DNA of 63,544 nt, filler included, from Rhabdomonas costata (Eukaryota), in NCBI GenBank assembly GCA_019059605.1. It is 47 parts of 47 records of this genome, joined end to end, with 100 filler letters (N's around TTAATTAATTAA, not from the genome) between each part and the next. Parts side by side here need not be neighbours in the genome. Positions count along the whole stretch, not along the records: positions 50,104 to 51,358 come from JAHMHO010021788.1; positions 51,459 to 52,712 come from JAHMHO010021789.1; positions 52,813 to 54,066 come from JAHMHO010021790.1; positions 54,167 to 55,420 come from JAHMHO010021791.1; positions 55,521 to 56,774 come from JAHMHO010021792.1; positions 56,875 to 58,128 come from JAHMHO010021793.1; positions 58,229 to 59,482 come from JAHMHO010021794.1; positions 59,583 to 60,836 come from JAHMHO010021795.1; 39 more parts are not named here. One strand, given 5' to 3'. Numbering within the stretch: position 1 is the first letter of the stretch; every line of letters begins with the position of its first letter. Under the pieces are notes generated by a model. That model was given only the letters and a program-made list of their open reading frames with translations. It was not told the origin of the DNA and searched no databases. Made by a program: the position numbers and the translations under genes. Shown piece by piece: positions 50,836 to 62,567 of this stretch.

Positions 50836-51958
50836 CTGGGAAACGGAGAAAGACAAAGGTTTCCCACCGGGAGGACGCAGTGGGAAGCGACGCAGACAAT
50901 GGACCCAAGCACACGCCGAGAAGGAAGTGAGGTAGACACATGGGCACACGGAGAAGTGAGGGCCACCTGACCTTAGACCGTATAGTGTTCGACCCCATTC
51001 CTACACTCTGAGGGCAACGACACACCCATACCTTCTCCAACATCCAGTTTTTCTAAGATAGGCTTCCTATGCCCACCTTGCGGCATGCTATGCGGTATTG
51101 ACCCCCCTCCCCCTAACCCGCCAACCAAGCTTTAATTATGGTCCCTATTCCACATTTCCTGCCAGGTCCTCGGCTCGGTCACCCAGCGAATGGGGTGAAG
51201 AGCTGAGCAGAAAACCTAAATGATGCTTCCCCGCAAATTCCATTGACTCCCTGGCAAGGAGCAGGTCTGGAAAGCCAGTATACGAGGCTTGATGGGTGCA
51301 GCGGGAAGACCCCTGAACAACAAAACGAGGAACACATGTCCACAACGGGCACAGCGGANNNNNNNNNNNNNNNNNNNNNNNNNNNNNNNNNNNNNNNNNN
51401 NNTTAATTAATTAANNNNNNNNNNNNNNNNNNNNNNNNNNNNNNNNNNNNNNNNNNNNTGTGGTGGGTGTGGGTGGGGTTGTGGGTAGTCTTCTCTTCGT
51501 GATTGGCAGCGGGAAACACTGCCGGGGAGTAGAGGCAGACAGTGGAAGCAACGAAAGCCCACATGAACGTATGAAATGCAACAAACGGAAGGGGTGCTGA
51601 CAGGGGAGAGAAAGAGGTATGCCATATCGGAAAGGCCGCGTGGTGGCACTGAAAAATGCCTGTTTCAAAAACTTTGAGTGCCCTGCAAGGGAGGAGGTTC
51701 GTGCTGTGCTAAGGGTGGACGCAGGTAAGCACCAGAAGATGGGATGAGGCTCCACGGGAGTTAATATCCCGAAGCCGGAACAGAGCTCATGCTTCCAAGC
51801 AAAATATCGTAGCAGCGCTTTGCTTCTTCCGACAAAAGCCGAAAAATTACAGAGAAAAACAAGGAAAACCCGGATCACGAGTTTTTAGCCATCCCTGGTT
51901 AGCTTGGCCCGCCCTACAACCCTTTCCAGCAAACCTTAGGATAATAGCTCGTCCGCAC

Positions 51959-52712
51959 CTCAGTGATGACCCAAAGTTGTCCCCGGAACACGGCAGTGTA
52001 GAAATCCCACAGGCTTCCGGTGGCAAAAGCAGCGGAGGTGGCCAGGGACCACCCGCCGCTGCCCTTTGTGGGGTCCTCGCTAAAAAACACATCGTTGAGA
52101 GGCCCGACCTTACGGACAGCGGTGTGTCCGTAACCGGCAATGACCCACAGCTTGCCCAGGAATGGCGTCACCCCTGCCCCATCCCTGGGAGAAAAGCCTC
52201 CCGACCCATGTGGCGTCCAAGTGGAGCCCGTGGGGTCCGCAGTGGAGAAAACCTGCAAGGCCAATAGAGAAGACAACTCACAACGTGCTGTGGGCGAGCA
52301 AACAGAAGGAAATGGGGGAAGGCCGGTGAGAGAAAAAGGGATCTAGCCAACTCGGAGAGAGCTTTTGAACTCTCATGCAATCCGAATAGGAATAATTTAA
52401 GGCACATCCTTGCCGATGACACGGTAATGGAAGGCACAGGAACGCATAAGAGTACAGGGGAAAAGGGAACGTTGGCAGACTTAAATGCAAGATTCTAGAA
52501 AAGAACGATTCACATGAAGCTCAGCGGATGAGCGGCATTTCCACTGAAAACACAACTGTCAGCCACTTCGCAGGCACAGTAGCCAAGTTGCTGTTTTCCT
52601 CACAGAGACCAAACTGACTCCTCGACAAGGCACCGAATCACGCAAATACCTCGCCAAGCTGATCGCCGTTGTAGCCCCCCACGACGTAGGCCCGCGATTT
52701 CACCCCAACAAC
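51959..52712 (-). CDS. Kelch/galactose-oxidase-like beta-propeller protein; exons 52712-52650 and 52252-51959
   Basis: RAYVVGGYNGDQLGE|VFSTADP...W...FSPRDGAGVTPFLGKLWVIAGY...LNDVFFSED...W...AVFRGQLWVI; phase-0 GT-AG intron. Confidence 0.75.
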
Positions 52713-52836
52713 NNNNNNNNNNNNNNNNNNNNNNNNNNNNNNNNNNNNNNNNNNNNTTAATTAATTAANNNNNNNNNNNNNNNNNNNNNNNNNNNNNNNN
52801 NNNNNNNNNNNNTTTTTTTTGCGCTCCTTTTGCAAG

Positions 52837-53772
52837 GAGAGGGGGTGGCAATCACAGACAAGCATGAAGGCACGAAGGGGGAGATGGCCCACGCCGTGGA
52901 CCTTGTCCGAATGATCCGAAAGCAGCACGGTGACTACTTCGGCATTGCCGTCGCTGGTTCGCCCAATCGCCTTATTTTCCACACACAAAAGCTGTTGGTT
53001 GTTCCTTCAGTGGTCCCGTAACTACGATGTGTGTTTGCAAGTTCCGTGCCATTTCCGAGGTGGTCTGTTAAAATCAAAAAAGGTGGAAACTGAGAGAGAT
53101 TGGCTTTCATCCGTTGCCCAACAAACCTCGCTTGTTTTGCAACTCCTTGCCGGCATGTCTTGTAACCCCCCCCCCCGCCCGATTTGTTACATTTCGTTTT
53201 GAGCTGGCGATGGCAATCCATTGTGTGCTTGTGGCCATGGGGATGGTGGGCTGTGGTGAAATAGAGTCCTGGTTCTGGTGTGCTTATAACACAGGTTACC
53301 CCGAAGGCCATGAAGAGTCTCCGTCTCGCGAGCAGGACTTGTTGTACCTCAAGGAAAAGGTCTTTGGTTTGCTTCATTCCCTCCCATCGCCGAGGCAGCA
53401 ATTAAAAACGTCAACACAATTGCCTTTTGCAGTGATGATGGAAGCTGTGAAGATGTGTGTCATCTAGGGGAGAGGGGTGTCTGCCACGCTCAGATATTGC
53501 TTCTGGTGAATTGAGAAGCGCAAAGTACAACATATCAAAGCAAATATCTTGGCACTCTGATTTTGCCCTTTCTCTTTCTTCTCCTTCGGGCGTGTTGCTA
53601 TTTTATTCCTATTCTCGCTGTATGTATCGTTTACATTAAAGGAAGCCTGTTTCTGAACCTGAAGCTTTGCATTGAGTATCTCTTTGCAACTGTGCGGCAG
53701 GTATGTGCTGGGGCGGACCTGGTGATTACCCAGCACTGCTTCGACGTGAAGTGCTTCCTGAAGTTTTGCCAG
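52837..53772 (+). CDS. MTHFR: Methylenetetrahydrofolate reductase; exons 52837-52956, 53295-53359, 53701-53772
   Basis: AHAVDLVRMIRKQHGDYFGIAVAG|YPEGHEE...DLLYLKEK|VCAGADLVITQHCFD; GT-AG introns in phase. Confidence 0.92.
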
Positions 53773-54498
53773 GTGGCCGTCCGCCGTCCCCTTCCCCTCG
53801 TGTCGTGCTGCCTGAAACCTGCTGCTCTAATAATCAGGCTAAAACCTACCCTCTAACTATCCGCCGCCTGTTTGCATGGAAATTGGTTTCAATGGTCGGC
53901 TCCATCTCCCTCCATTTGTCTTCTCTAAAAGGCAAAAAAAAAGAACATTCCATTTGTACTCAGGCAGTCTGTCTCGCCGCGTATCTTGTGAACTGAAACA
54001 CAATAACCAGCAGGCAGGGGTGGGGGGTGCGCGGAGGGGGTGGAGCCGACCATTGAAACCAAAACANNNNNNNNNNNNNNNNNNNNNNNNNNNNNNNNNN
54101 NNNNNNNNNNTTAATTAATTAANNNNNNNNNNNNNNNNNNNNNNNNNNNNNNNNNNNNNNNNNNNNTGCGTTGGGTGTGGTTGTGTTTGGGGTGAGTCCA
54201 TTTTGTTGGATGTTAAGTTTTTTGAGTGGATAGTGGGTTGATTGGCCGTAACTGGGCCTTCGGCTTCATCTCCCTGCCTGGCAGTGGCATCTGCAAGCCC
54301 AGATCCGGGCGTCCTTTCAAGGGTGGGGGGCGTCGTTTTTCAGACTTGTTTGGGGTTTCCTGCTTGATGTAACCAGAAGGTGAACCCTCAACCAAAGGAC
54401 CTCTTTAAAAAACATTGTTATCGTAGAGGAATCAGGTCGTTGTCAAGTCTTGGGAGGGGTGGGCCAATTTCAAGTGTCCCATCGCATGACACACCCAG

Positions 54499-55414
54499 GT
54501 ACAGCCACCTGTTGCCAGGGTACCACGACAAGGACCTCTCCGGCCGCAGCTTTTCTGACCGGCTGGCGTATGAGTACGGCATCACGATCAGTGACCTGGG
54601 TGCCGCGCGGTGGCTGGACAAGAACTACCCAGTGGCAGTGATTCAAACCAGAGAGTATCGCTCGCCAGAGGTCCAGGACCCCCCCCCCTGCCCCAGTCCC
54701 TGTCATTTTTCATCTTTGCCTGTCAGTGGAGACAGGATCCGATGAATACACCACGAAAGAACTGCGGCTATGGGAAAGGTTTGGCAGTTCCACGGAATTC
54801 ACTGAGGTGCGCAATTTACAAAGAGGGCTTGCAGCATGGTATGTGGTTGTACGTGGAATTCGACGTGTCGCGCAGCAATAGCGGGAGCAGGCGGAGCCGA
54901 TGTGGGTGAGCCACCGCCTCAGGGCAAGTGAGCGCGTGGGTCGGATTCTGAGTCGGGGAGTCCGATGGAAGGAAGGTGGTGTCCGTTCGGCTGTGCTTGC
55001 GCGTTGCATAGACAAGTGCTCCGGGCACAAATTAAATTGTGTTCTTGGTTGAACAAGTTGCATATGTTAGCCTGCACTGCTTGACCGTGCACTGGTGAAT
55101 CCCCCTTCCAAACAATCGTGGGCCAAGAGTCCTCGCCCTAACACCGAAGGGGCATTTATGACCTTCAGCTTTTCTTTTCTGGTTCGGGGGCGGTGATAGC
55201 TTGCTGCACAGAGTATCCATCCTGTGTGGGAAGGCGGGAATGGGAAAGGTGGTCTTTGTCGCCCTGCGTATATCTGTAGGTCATCCTGGGCTTCCCGAAA
55301 GTCGGGGCGGCGATTGATATCTGGAGCCTCGCCTGCATTGTGTTTGAGCTGATCACGGGGGACTTCCTGTTCGACCCCAAGTCGGAAAAGAACGTAGACA
55401 AGGATATCTACCAC
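54499..55414 (+). CDS. SRPK: SR-protein kinase family (CMGC); exons 54499-54670 and 55280->55414
   Basis: ISDLGAARW...IQTREYRSPE|VILG...IDIWSLACIVFELITGDFLFDPK. Confidence 0.9.
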
Positions 55415-56874
55415 AACACCNNNNNNNNNNNNNNNNNNNNNNNNNNNNNNNNNNNNNNNNNNNNTTAATTAATTAANNNNNNNNNNNNNNNNNNNNNNNN
55501 NNNNNNNNNNNNNNNNNNNNTTTTGTGGTGAAGCTCAGGAGCCAGTAACCCTGGACGCATGTGGTGAATTTGAGCCAAGGCGCACTATCTACGTTGTAAC
55601 TCAGCGATGCGGGAACCCCATGTTAGTGAGATACCCTGCGTAGTTGGGCGCAGGATGAAAGACCTAGTGATGAATGCTAGGCTATGGCGTAAACCGGCCA
55701 CGATGAGGTCTGGCGCACGATGACCGGTGGAACGGTGAGTATATGCATAGTGATATGCGCATATGGTGATGAACCCGGTCGTGGCGCCTGGGGTGAGCTT
55801 GCTGGGCAACCATGTGGTGTGGCAATGCCTGTGAGCCCCAGGGAGTCTGGCGCTGCATCACTGTCCCGTATGAGGCTGCGTGCAGGACACTTATCATAGG
55901 GTGTAACCATAACCAAAGTATATACACATGATACAACCCAGTAAGAGGAATCCACGTGCAGTAGAATTAACGATGGTGATGTTGGTTGTAGCATTACCCG
56001 ATACCCGATGGAGGTTGCACTACCACATAACAGCACCACACAAGGAACTATGCGCTAGATCCACACCAGTACACACTAATCCCACGGTACCACTTCGGGG
56101 TTCTTAGCTGATGCATCCTTAGCTGAGGTAGTGACGCACGTCGAGGTTGGTTGCGGAGACATGCGAGCGAGGAATCCCTACATCGGCTTCCCGGGTTCTC
56201 ATTCGCCGTCTGTCTGGCGGTTCCGGTGGCAGCGGTGGTTCAGCTGCTTGGAGTGATGGTTCTGGGGCATCAGCACCAGGGCCATAAACGATCGGTGGCA
56301 ACATCAACCCTTCACCCCAACATCCTAGCCCTCAGGATCACTCTTCCTCCGGGTGGCATGGGGGTGGTGGTTTCCATGGCGTCATGGTCACCTTGGTCTC
56401 ATGCAGCAGGGTAGTCATCATCACCACCACACCAACATCAGCCAGCCTTGTCCTTCTTCCACCACCCTAAGGCTTCCACTTCTCCCCGTGCATGTCTTGG
56501 CGACCTCCACTTTGGTTGTTCCCCTGGGGTGGCTTGGCTGACATCTAGTGCTTGGTGCGGTTACACTGTGCAGCGTCGATCCTGACATCCTGGCATTTAC
56601 GTACCATCAGCAGTGGTCATACATCACCCAACCACTACTACCACTCTTGCTGTGCTTGTATAACAAAGTATACTACCACTAGGTCGCGAGACCGACATCA
56701 TCAACACCTCTACCTCCGGTGGCTGTGAGAAATACTCCGAGATGCTGAAGCAGTGCTTGATGTTGATGCCGATGNNNNNNNNNNNNNNNNNNNNNNNNNN
56801 NNNNNNNNNNNNNNNNNNTTAATTAATTAANNNNNNNNNNNNNNNNNNNNNNNNNNNNNNNNNNNNNNNNNNNN

Positions 56875-58120
56875 CCGAGCTCAAGGCTAACCTGGATCTG
56901 CAGGACAGCGAGGGGCTAACTGCGGTGATTGCTGCCGCAGATGCGTTCCAAGCCCAGGTTCAGATGGGACAGCGGCACGAGAGCGAATGGGTGATGGGGT
57001 GATCAGTTGGTGTACGAAGAAGTGAGTCTTCCCGTTGGTGCCTCTCGTTTAGTTCTGGTGGATACCCATAACAGGGCCATTTGATTTACAATTGCCCAAA
57101 ATTTTATGTGTAGAATATAGTGGATGCCTTGGTGATTTCCACTTGCAGGCAGGAGTTTGCCTTTGATCTGCCATGGACCTGGGTGTAGGGTGGGTTTCTG
57201 GTCTGCTGGCTTTTTGTCGGAATTACTGTCACGATGACGATGGGCCGCTTGGTGCAAACCTGTGCAGTTGGTCTAGGGGAGCTGTAGCACTGCACAGGAA
57301 CTGTACGGTTCCTAAAAAAAAATTCCGCAGAGAATCGAAAAAGAGAGAATTATGGCTGGCCCTGCATAGACCGTGTCTTGCCCCTTGGAAGCTTCTCATG
57401 AGACTCACCATCGTCTCACCTTTTCCGATTTTTTGCATCGCGTTTTTTAGTTTCCTCAATGTTTCTGAGCAAACATGAAGCAAGGTGAAGGGGGGGGCTC
57501 TCCAACAGGAAAGTTTCAGCCGCGTACTCATTCGCTTCCCTACCCCTCTCCCTCCCTCTTCTCATGCTTTTGGTTGCTGTGGTTGTCGCCCAGAAAAGAC
57601 CTGCTCTCTTTTGGTCCGCTCAGTGCTGCACCAAGCTAGTGGAGCTCAAGGCCGACCTCTCTGTGAAGAGCGATCACGGATTCACTGACCTTATGCTCGC
57701 TGCAGCTGGGGGGAAGCCCGAGGTATGTACGAGCGCGCCCCGCACAGTGCTCCATGAGATGGTCCCATGAAAACCCGACCTCGCGGTCAAAAAGAACCTG
57801 AAAGAAGAGTCTCCCGTCGGTCGGAACGCCAGTCACTCCTGCAGCGCAGAAGATCAGTCAACTATGCCTCTCATGGCTTATATCACAGCAGGAATTCTAC
57901 TCTTCTGTAAGTAGCCCTCTTTCTGTTACTTTTTTAAGGTTCCTCTGTGACAGTCATCTTAATGGGAGTAGTGATAAACTTCGCTCCGATAGGTGCTGAA
58001 GGCTCCGGTTGCCCCCCCCCCCTCCCGTCTTCTCTAATCAGCTATGCCTGCAGCTCCTGCAGGAAGGAGCTGACGTCAATGCGTGCAACCCCAAAGGCGT
58101 GACACCTCTGATATTCTCAC
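56875..58120 (+). CDS. Ankyrin-repeat protein; exons <56875-56957, 57624-57722, 58042->58120
   Basis: ELKANLDLQDSEGLTAVIAAA..., LVELKADLSVKSDHGFTDLMLAAAGGKPE, LLQEGADVNACNPKGVTPLI; phase-0 GT-AG introns. Confidence 0.9.
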
Positions 58121-58770
58121 AAACACAANNNNNNNNNNNNNNNNNNNNNNNNNNNNNNNNNNNNNNNNNNNNTTAATTAATTAANNNNNNNNNNNNNNNN
58201 NNNNNNNNNNNNNNNNNNNNNNNNNNNNTGTTTAAAAATAAACGAGAGCGTTTTGTTTCCTTGCGCTTTGGTTGTGTGGGTGTGTTGGGTGTGGTTTTGT
58301 GTGTGTGTGTGTTTTGTGTGTGGATTTGGGGGTCCCCGGTATCAGTGTTCACTTGTTTTTATTGTCCACGTCACCTCAAAACGTCGCGGTTGACAATTCA
58401 CAAAGGTGTGCACTGAATGAAAGATGAGGGGTTTTCGGAAAAGTGGAAAAAAAAAGAACAGTCGGCTTCACGGCATATCGGTCGCGCTGGTCCTTCCAGC
58501 TGTCTTTTTACCTTCCACTGTGACCTCTTACGAGGAAATGGGCCGTATAAAGCTGTAAATGTTCCTCCTGTGGTTGATATGGGAGATTTGCACGGGATGA
58601 GAACGGGTGTTGTCGGTGTCTTTTTGCTTCAACCGGAATTGATCCAACGCACACAGCCTTTTCTGGTGTGTCCTTGTCTCCATTCTCATTCTTGTCTTGT
58701 CTTGCGGGCCTTCTTTCTGAGGTTGTGTACAACCACCGACACCCTTTTATCGAACACACCCAATGCTGTA

Positions 58771-59008
58771 ATGGTCACGCAACTGAGTCTCTCCGTGTGG
58801 GGTGCGGTCCTTGTTTCCGTCGGGCTGCTGCTGTGCTGCAGCCCGGCATGCGGGGGTGCGGCTGGCCGGCGCCATGGCCGCGCATCCCCGATCTTAAGAA
58901 GCCCGACCCTCCTCCCCCAAGCGACCACGACAGACCCCAACACAGTGGTGGCCCTGCAGAAGCTGTTCGATTACTTGTCGCTAATCAACTACGACGCTTT
59001 TCGTCCCG
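58771..59008 (+). CDS. Probable first exon of a secreted/surface protein
   Basis: MVTQLSLSVWGAVLVSVGLLLCCSPACG signal-peptide-like start, then TTDPNTVVALQKLFDYL; 3' boundary uncertain. Confidence 0.45.
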
Positions 59009-59183
59009 GTGTGGCTGCAAGACCCTCCATCCCCACTGCTTTGTCCGTTCATGCGCGTCAATGTCATTTGGTGCCGATGAAAGAGCCAGACAAAAAAGGC
59101 AATCAAATTTATCGGTCGGCGACTTTTGGATTTTGGTGCAGAGTTTTTTGGTTACAATTGCGAAAAAAAGGCGCTGGTGCATT

Positions 59184-59470
59184 TATGCCCCCTCGGATTC
59201 TAATATCCGAGGGGGCATATATATATTATGAGCTTGCAGGGGGTTAGGTGGTGGTGCACGGTTCCCCGGATCACAATAGAAGCTGTTGCCGGGGTTTAGA
59301 CGACGATGTACGCGTCCCCTGGGATTGCAATATAGACTTTTGCAAGGGGTTAGGAGGCCATGTACGAGCGCAGGTCCGCGGCCCAAGACATCCCGGAAAG
59401 ACTCCCAGGGACACGCGCATTACCTCCTAACCCCCTGCAAAAAGGATTTATTGCAATCCCTTTATTGCAA
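59184..59470. mobile_element. Hairpin + (TA)n + minisatellite element (Helentron/HINE-like or foldback-like)
   Basis: Perfect 15-bp stem TATGCCCCCTCGGAT-TCTAAT-ATCCGAGGGGGCATA (59184-59219), short TA run, about three ~52-bp units with TTGCAGGGGGTTAGG core, then one inverted unit (59403-59460). Confidence 0.55.
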
Positions 59471-60325
59471 CCGCCACCAACANNNNNNNNNNNNNNNNNN
59501 NNNNNNNNNNNNNNNNNNNNNNNNNNTTAATTAATTAANNNNNNNNNNNNNNNNNNNNNNNNNNNNNNNNNNNNNNNNNNNNGGGTGGGGGGTCAGGCAG
59601 GGGCAGCGAGAGCTCCGAGCGGGCAAGGAACCCCGCCAACAGCTTGGTCCCACCCAGCTGCAGCACTTGCGCCTCGGTCAGCCACTCGCAATCCCGGTGG
59701 GAGCGCCCCTACACACGATCATGGAGGTGGACGAAGGGAAGGAGAGCGATTGTGCGGATGTGTGTAAATTTGGGTTCGCACTGCACGGGGTCAGGGCATC
59801 CTTGGGGTGCCTTCCCCAGACTGGTGGGGAGGAAAGCCTGAGGAAGCAAGAAGCAATACGGCAATAGGGAGAGGTTGATTGTGCCCAGCTAAGGACGGGT
59901 GAGCTGCTGCGCAGGTGTCTATGATCGCTTGTGTGATAGGGAAGGGAAAGAGATGGTGTGTGGAGGTTTGCGTTTGTGAAGAAAAAATGGTGGTGTCGAG
60001 TGTGGGAAAGGGGTGGTTGGTTCAAAACGGAGAACTTAGGACAGACATCGCGCGGGGAGGAAGAAATACGTAGGAAATATCACACCTTGTATTTGCAATA
60101 CAGCTTGTCCTCACCACCGATCTTTTTCGCCGCAAAGATCACCTCGACCTGTATTCATAACAAGCAACAATATTGGTTGTGAAAAACGGAGGTGGTTCGG
60201 ATAACAAGCCAACGTTTGGCCACAAGGCACGGGCTAGTCTGTCAGCCTTTGAGGCTCATGGTGTGGTGCTGGGGAAGAAAGAAATTCTAGGAAAATGAGG
60301 GGAAGGAAGGGCGGAAGGGAGGGCA

Positions 60326-60490
60326 CCTGGAGACTTCCCGACTCGCCTCGGTCTGCGAAGCCCGCATCGGGAAGGTCATCGTCCTCTGCCCCGTGGCTGT
60401 CTTCTCCTCCGCTCTCACCATCGACGTCGTCTTCGTGGTCAGACTGCTTGTACACCACATTGGCCTTCGCGGCTCGCCCCAGATGCTGCC
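60326..60490 (-). CDS. Acidic internal exon, unknown protein
   Basis: TTTCAG acceptor; QHLGRAAKANVVYKQSDHEDDVDGESGGEDSHGAEDDDLP...SLQ|GT. Confidence 0.45.
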
Positions 60491-61229
60491 TGAAACGCCG
60501 CAGTTGCAACAAATAAACCAGCTGGCAGACAGATGCGAGTTACGCGAAGGCACTGGTTTCCGACCATAATAGAAAGAAGCGGTAAGCCTGGGGACCCTGG
60601 GGAGGGGGTGGAAAAGACATTATTGAGGTACCCACCATCCTCATTGTCAGCGTCTGCCGGCGCCCCATAAAGCAGACAACAACGGGTACAGCACAGCCCA
60701 ATGCTGCCGTTGACTCACTTGGTCATACAATTCCAAACCACAAAAGGCAAAGAGCAAGAGCTCAGACTCCCCAATCCCGTGGCCTATCAAGGCCCGCCTT
60801 CTTCCGATATTCCTGCTCCATTCGCAACCACCCACANNNNNNNNNNNNNNNNNNNNNNNNNNNNNNNNNNNNNNNNNNNNTTAATTAATTAANNNNNNNN
60901 NNNNNNNNNNNNNNNNNNNNNNNNNNNNNNNNNNNNTGTTTGTGGGTTGAGTAGATGTACAAACAGGATTTTACGTTTGTAAACTGTGCGTGCGTGGGGG
61001 GAGGGGGTGTTGCCCAAACGGCGCCCAGTCGTGTGTGTGTGTGTGTGCGTGTGTGTGTTTTACCTAAAACAAAATGTAAATGGCACTGTACTTCGAAAAG
61101 TTAAGTGTAACCACTTTTATACAAGGGAGAGGTTTTTTGACCAATTTCTGCTGGCTGCGGAGGTGCTCCGTTTCTGGCGATGACATTGTTAACGTTTCAT
61201 ACCCGGGAGTACTGACCGTTGTTGGTCCG

Positions 61230-61800
61230 AACTCCTGGCTGGTGAGCTGGTGCACGCAGCTTCCCTGCGCAACTAGGGACTGACGTGCGAGCGTGGACCC
61301 AACACAGGCGACTGGTTACGGGCGGCTCCGTTCGAAAACCTTGGACTCCGTTTTCAGTTTTGTAGAGTGCCGACTGCTCTGGTAGGTTTATTTTTCCTTC
61401 CAGAGCAAGCAGTTAGCACGCCCTGCGGCCTGTGCGGAAAACCTCTGGATCGTTTCGAGGGTCATTTCGTTTCTGGTCGGCACTTGGGTTGGTGGCATCG
61501 GCACGATGCCAAAGGGGGGGGGGATATAGCGCTCATATTGGACGGTCATGGCAAGGGACGCCCAGCGGATTTTCTCAATGACTCCTGGTCGTCCTGTACT
61601 CCTAGCCTGCGGATGGGAGTAGTTGTTGACCTCACGACGTCCACTGGATCCACCCCACCTCGAACCCCAGTTATGTTCGACACTTTCTGCAGCGGAATTT
61701 GTGGAGCAGGCAAAGAAGTCATCCACGAGGCATCAGACGGTAGCAGCTGGGCACCTTTTCCATGTCATTCGTCTGATGTGGTGAGCATTCCCGTATAGGC
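61230..61800 (+). mobile_element. Decayed non-LTR retrotransposon, CRE/SLACS-type C-terminal zinc knuckle and restriction-like endonuclease
   Basis: In frame from 61277: LTCERGPNTGDWLRAAPFENLGL...PCGLCGKPLDRFEGHF...RHD...GRPADFL...W...VVDLT; upstream TAG, last knuckle Cys lost, short RHD-RPAD spacing. Confidence 0.78.
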
Positions 61801-62567
61801 ATTCCATTGTTGTTTTGTAAGTTGTCTTTTTTGTTCGTCTTTTGTAAGAACCGCTTTTCCAGGTTCCCAGTGTTTTCTCGGGCAGAGCAGCGTCCATCGC
61901 TTTCCCTCTCGCTGTGCCTCAGGACCATTAGAAGGTAGAAATAGCCCTAAAGGAAGAAGTGGTTTCCGTATTTTTTATCAACTCTTCTTTTTTTTCATAA
62001 GAATGGAGCAACGGTTTTTTTTTTCAAAAGAAAACTTGTTGTGAAGAAAGGGTCGTTCATTCCAGAGATATCCAACAATTGGTGGACTTGGTGTGGCTGA
62101 CTTGCCGACTTTGAACTGGCTGTCTGGTATTAACGAAGACCAAGGTCATCCATACCCGCGTTTCAACCCCAAGCCACTCCGGCCTGCAACNNNNNNNNNN
62201 NNNNNNNNNNNNNNNNNNNNNNNNNNNNNNNNNNTTAATTAATTAANNNNNNNNNNNNNNNNNNNNNNNNNNNNNNNNNNNNNNNNNNNNTGGTTGGTGC
62301 AGGTCTCCCAGCGCGCGGACAGCGCCTCGCAGCCTACCGAGGTGTATGTGCCCTGTCCAAAGACGACACCGATGCTGAGGTGCAGTGCCGAGCGCTGGGA
62401 GACCTGCACCAACTTCACCGCCAGCTGGCAGGCCTGTGCACATGCAAATGCCGACCTAACGATCGATCCTGCCTTCTATACACCTGTCTCTTCAGTCGTT
62501 CCACTCCCCACCCTAAGGTGGTACGTGTCACTCCTTCCGACCTTGGCGAAGCCACGCAGGAATACCT

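Noticed and set aside
1499-58120. Non-canonical (euglenid-type) introns or an alternative genetic code
   Set aside because: All introns reconstructed in conserved genes are GT-AG, with no in-frame stops in conserved exons.
58267-58331. G/T-rich tract (TGGTTGTGTGGGTGTGTTGGGTGTGG...)
   Set aside because: Resembles concatenated degenerate amplification primers, like the contig ends; not a telomere variant.
1256-62290. Regularly spaced TTAATTAATTAA repeat with equal-length intervals (CRISPR-like or nanochromosome-like)
   Set aside because: Embedded in N runs; an artificial joiner of size-sorted contigs. ORFs running into X residues or ending in LIN/N are artefacts.
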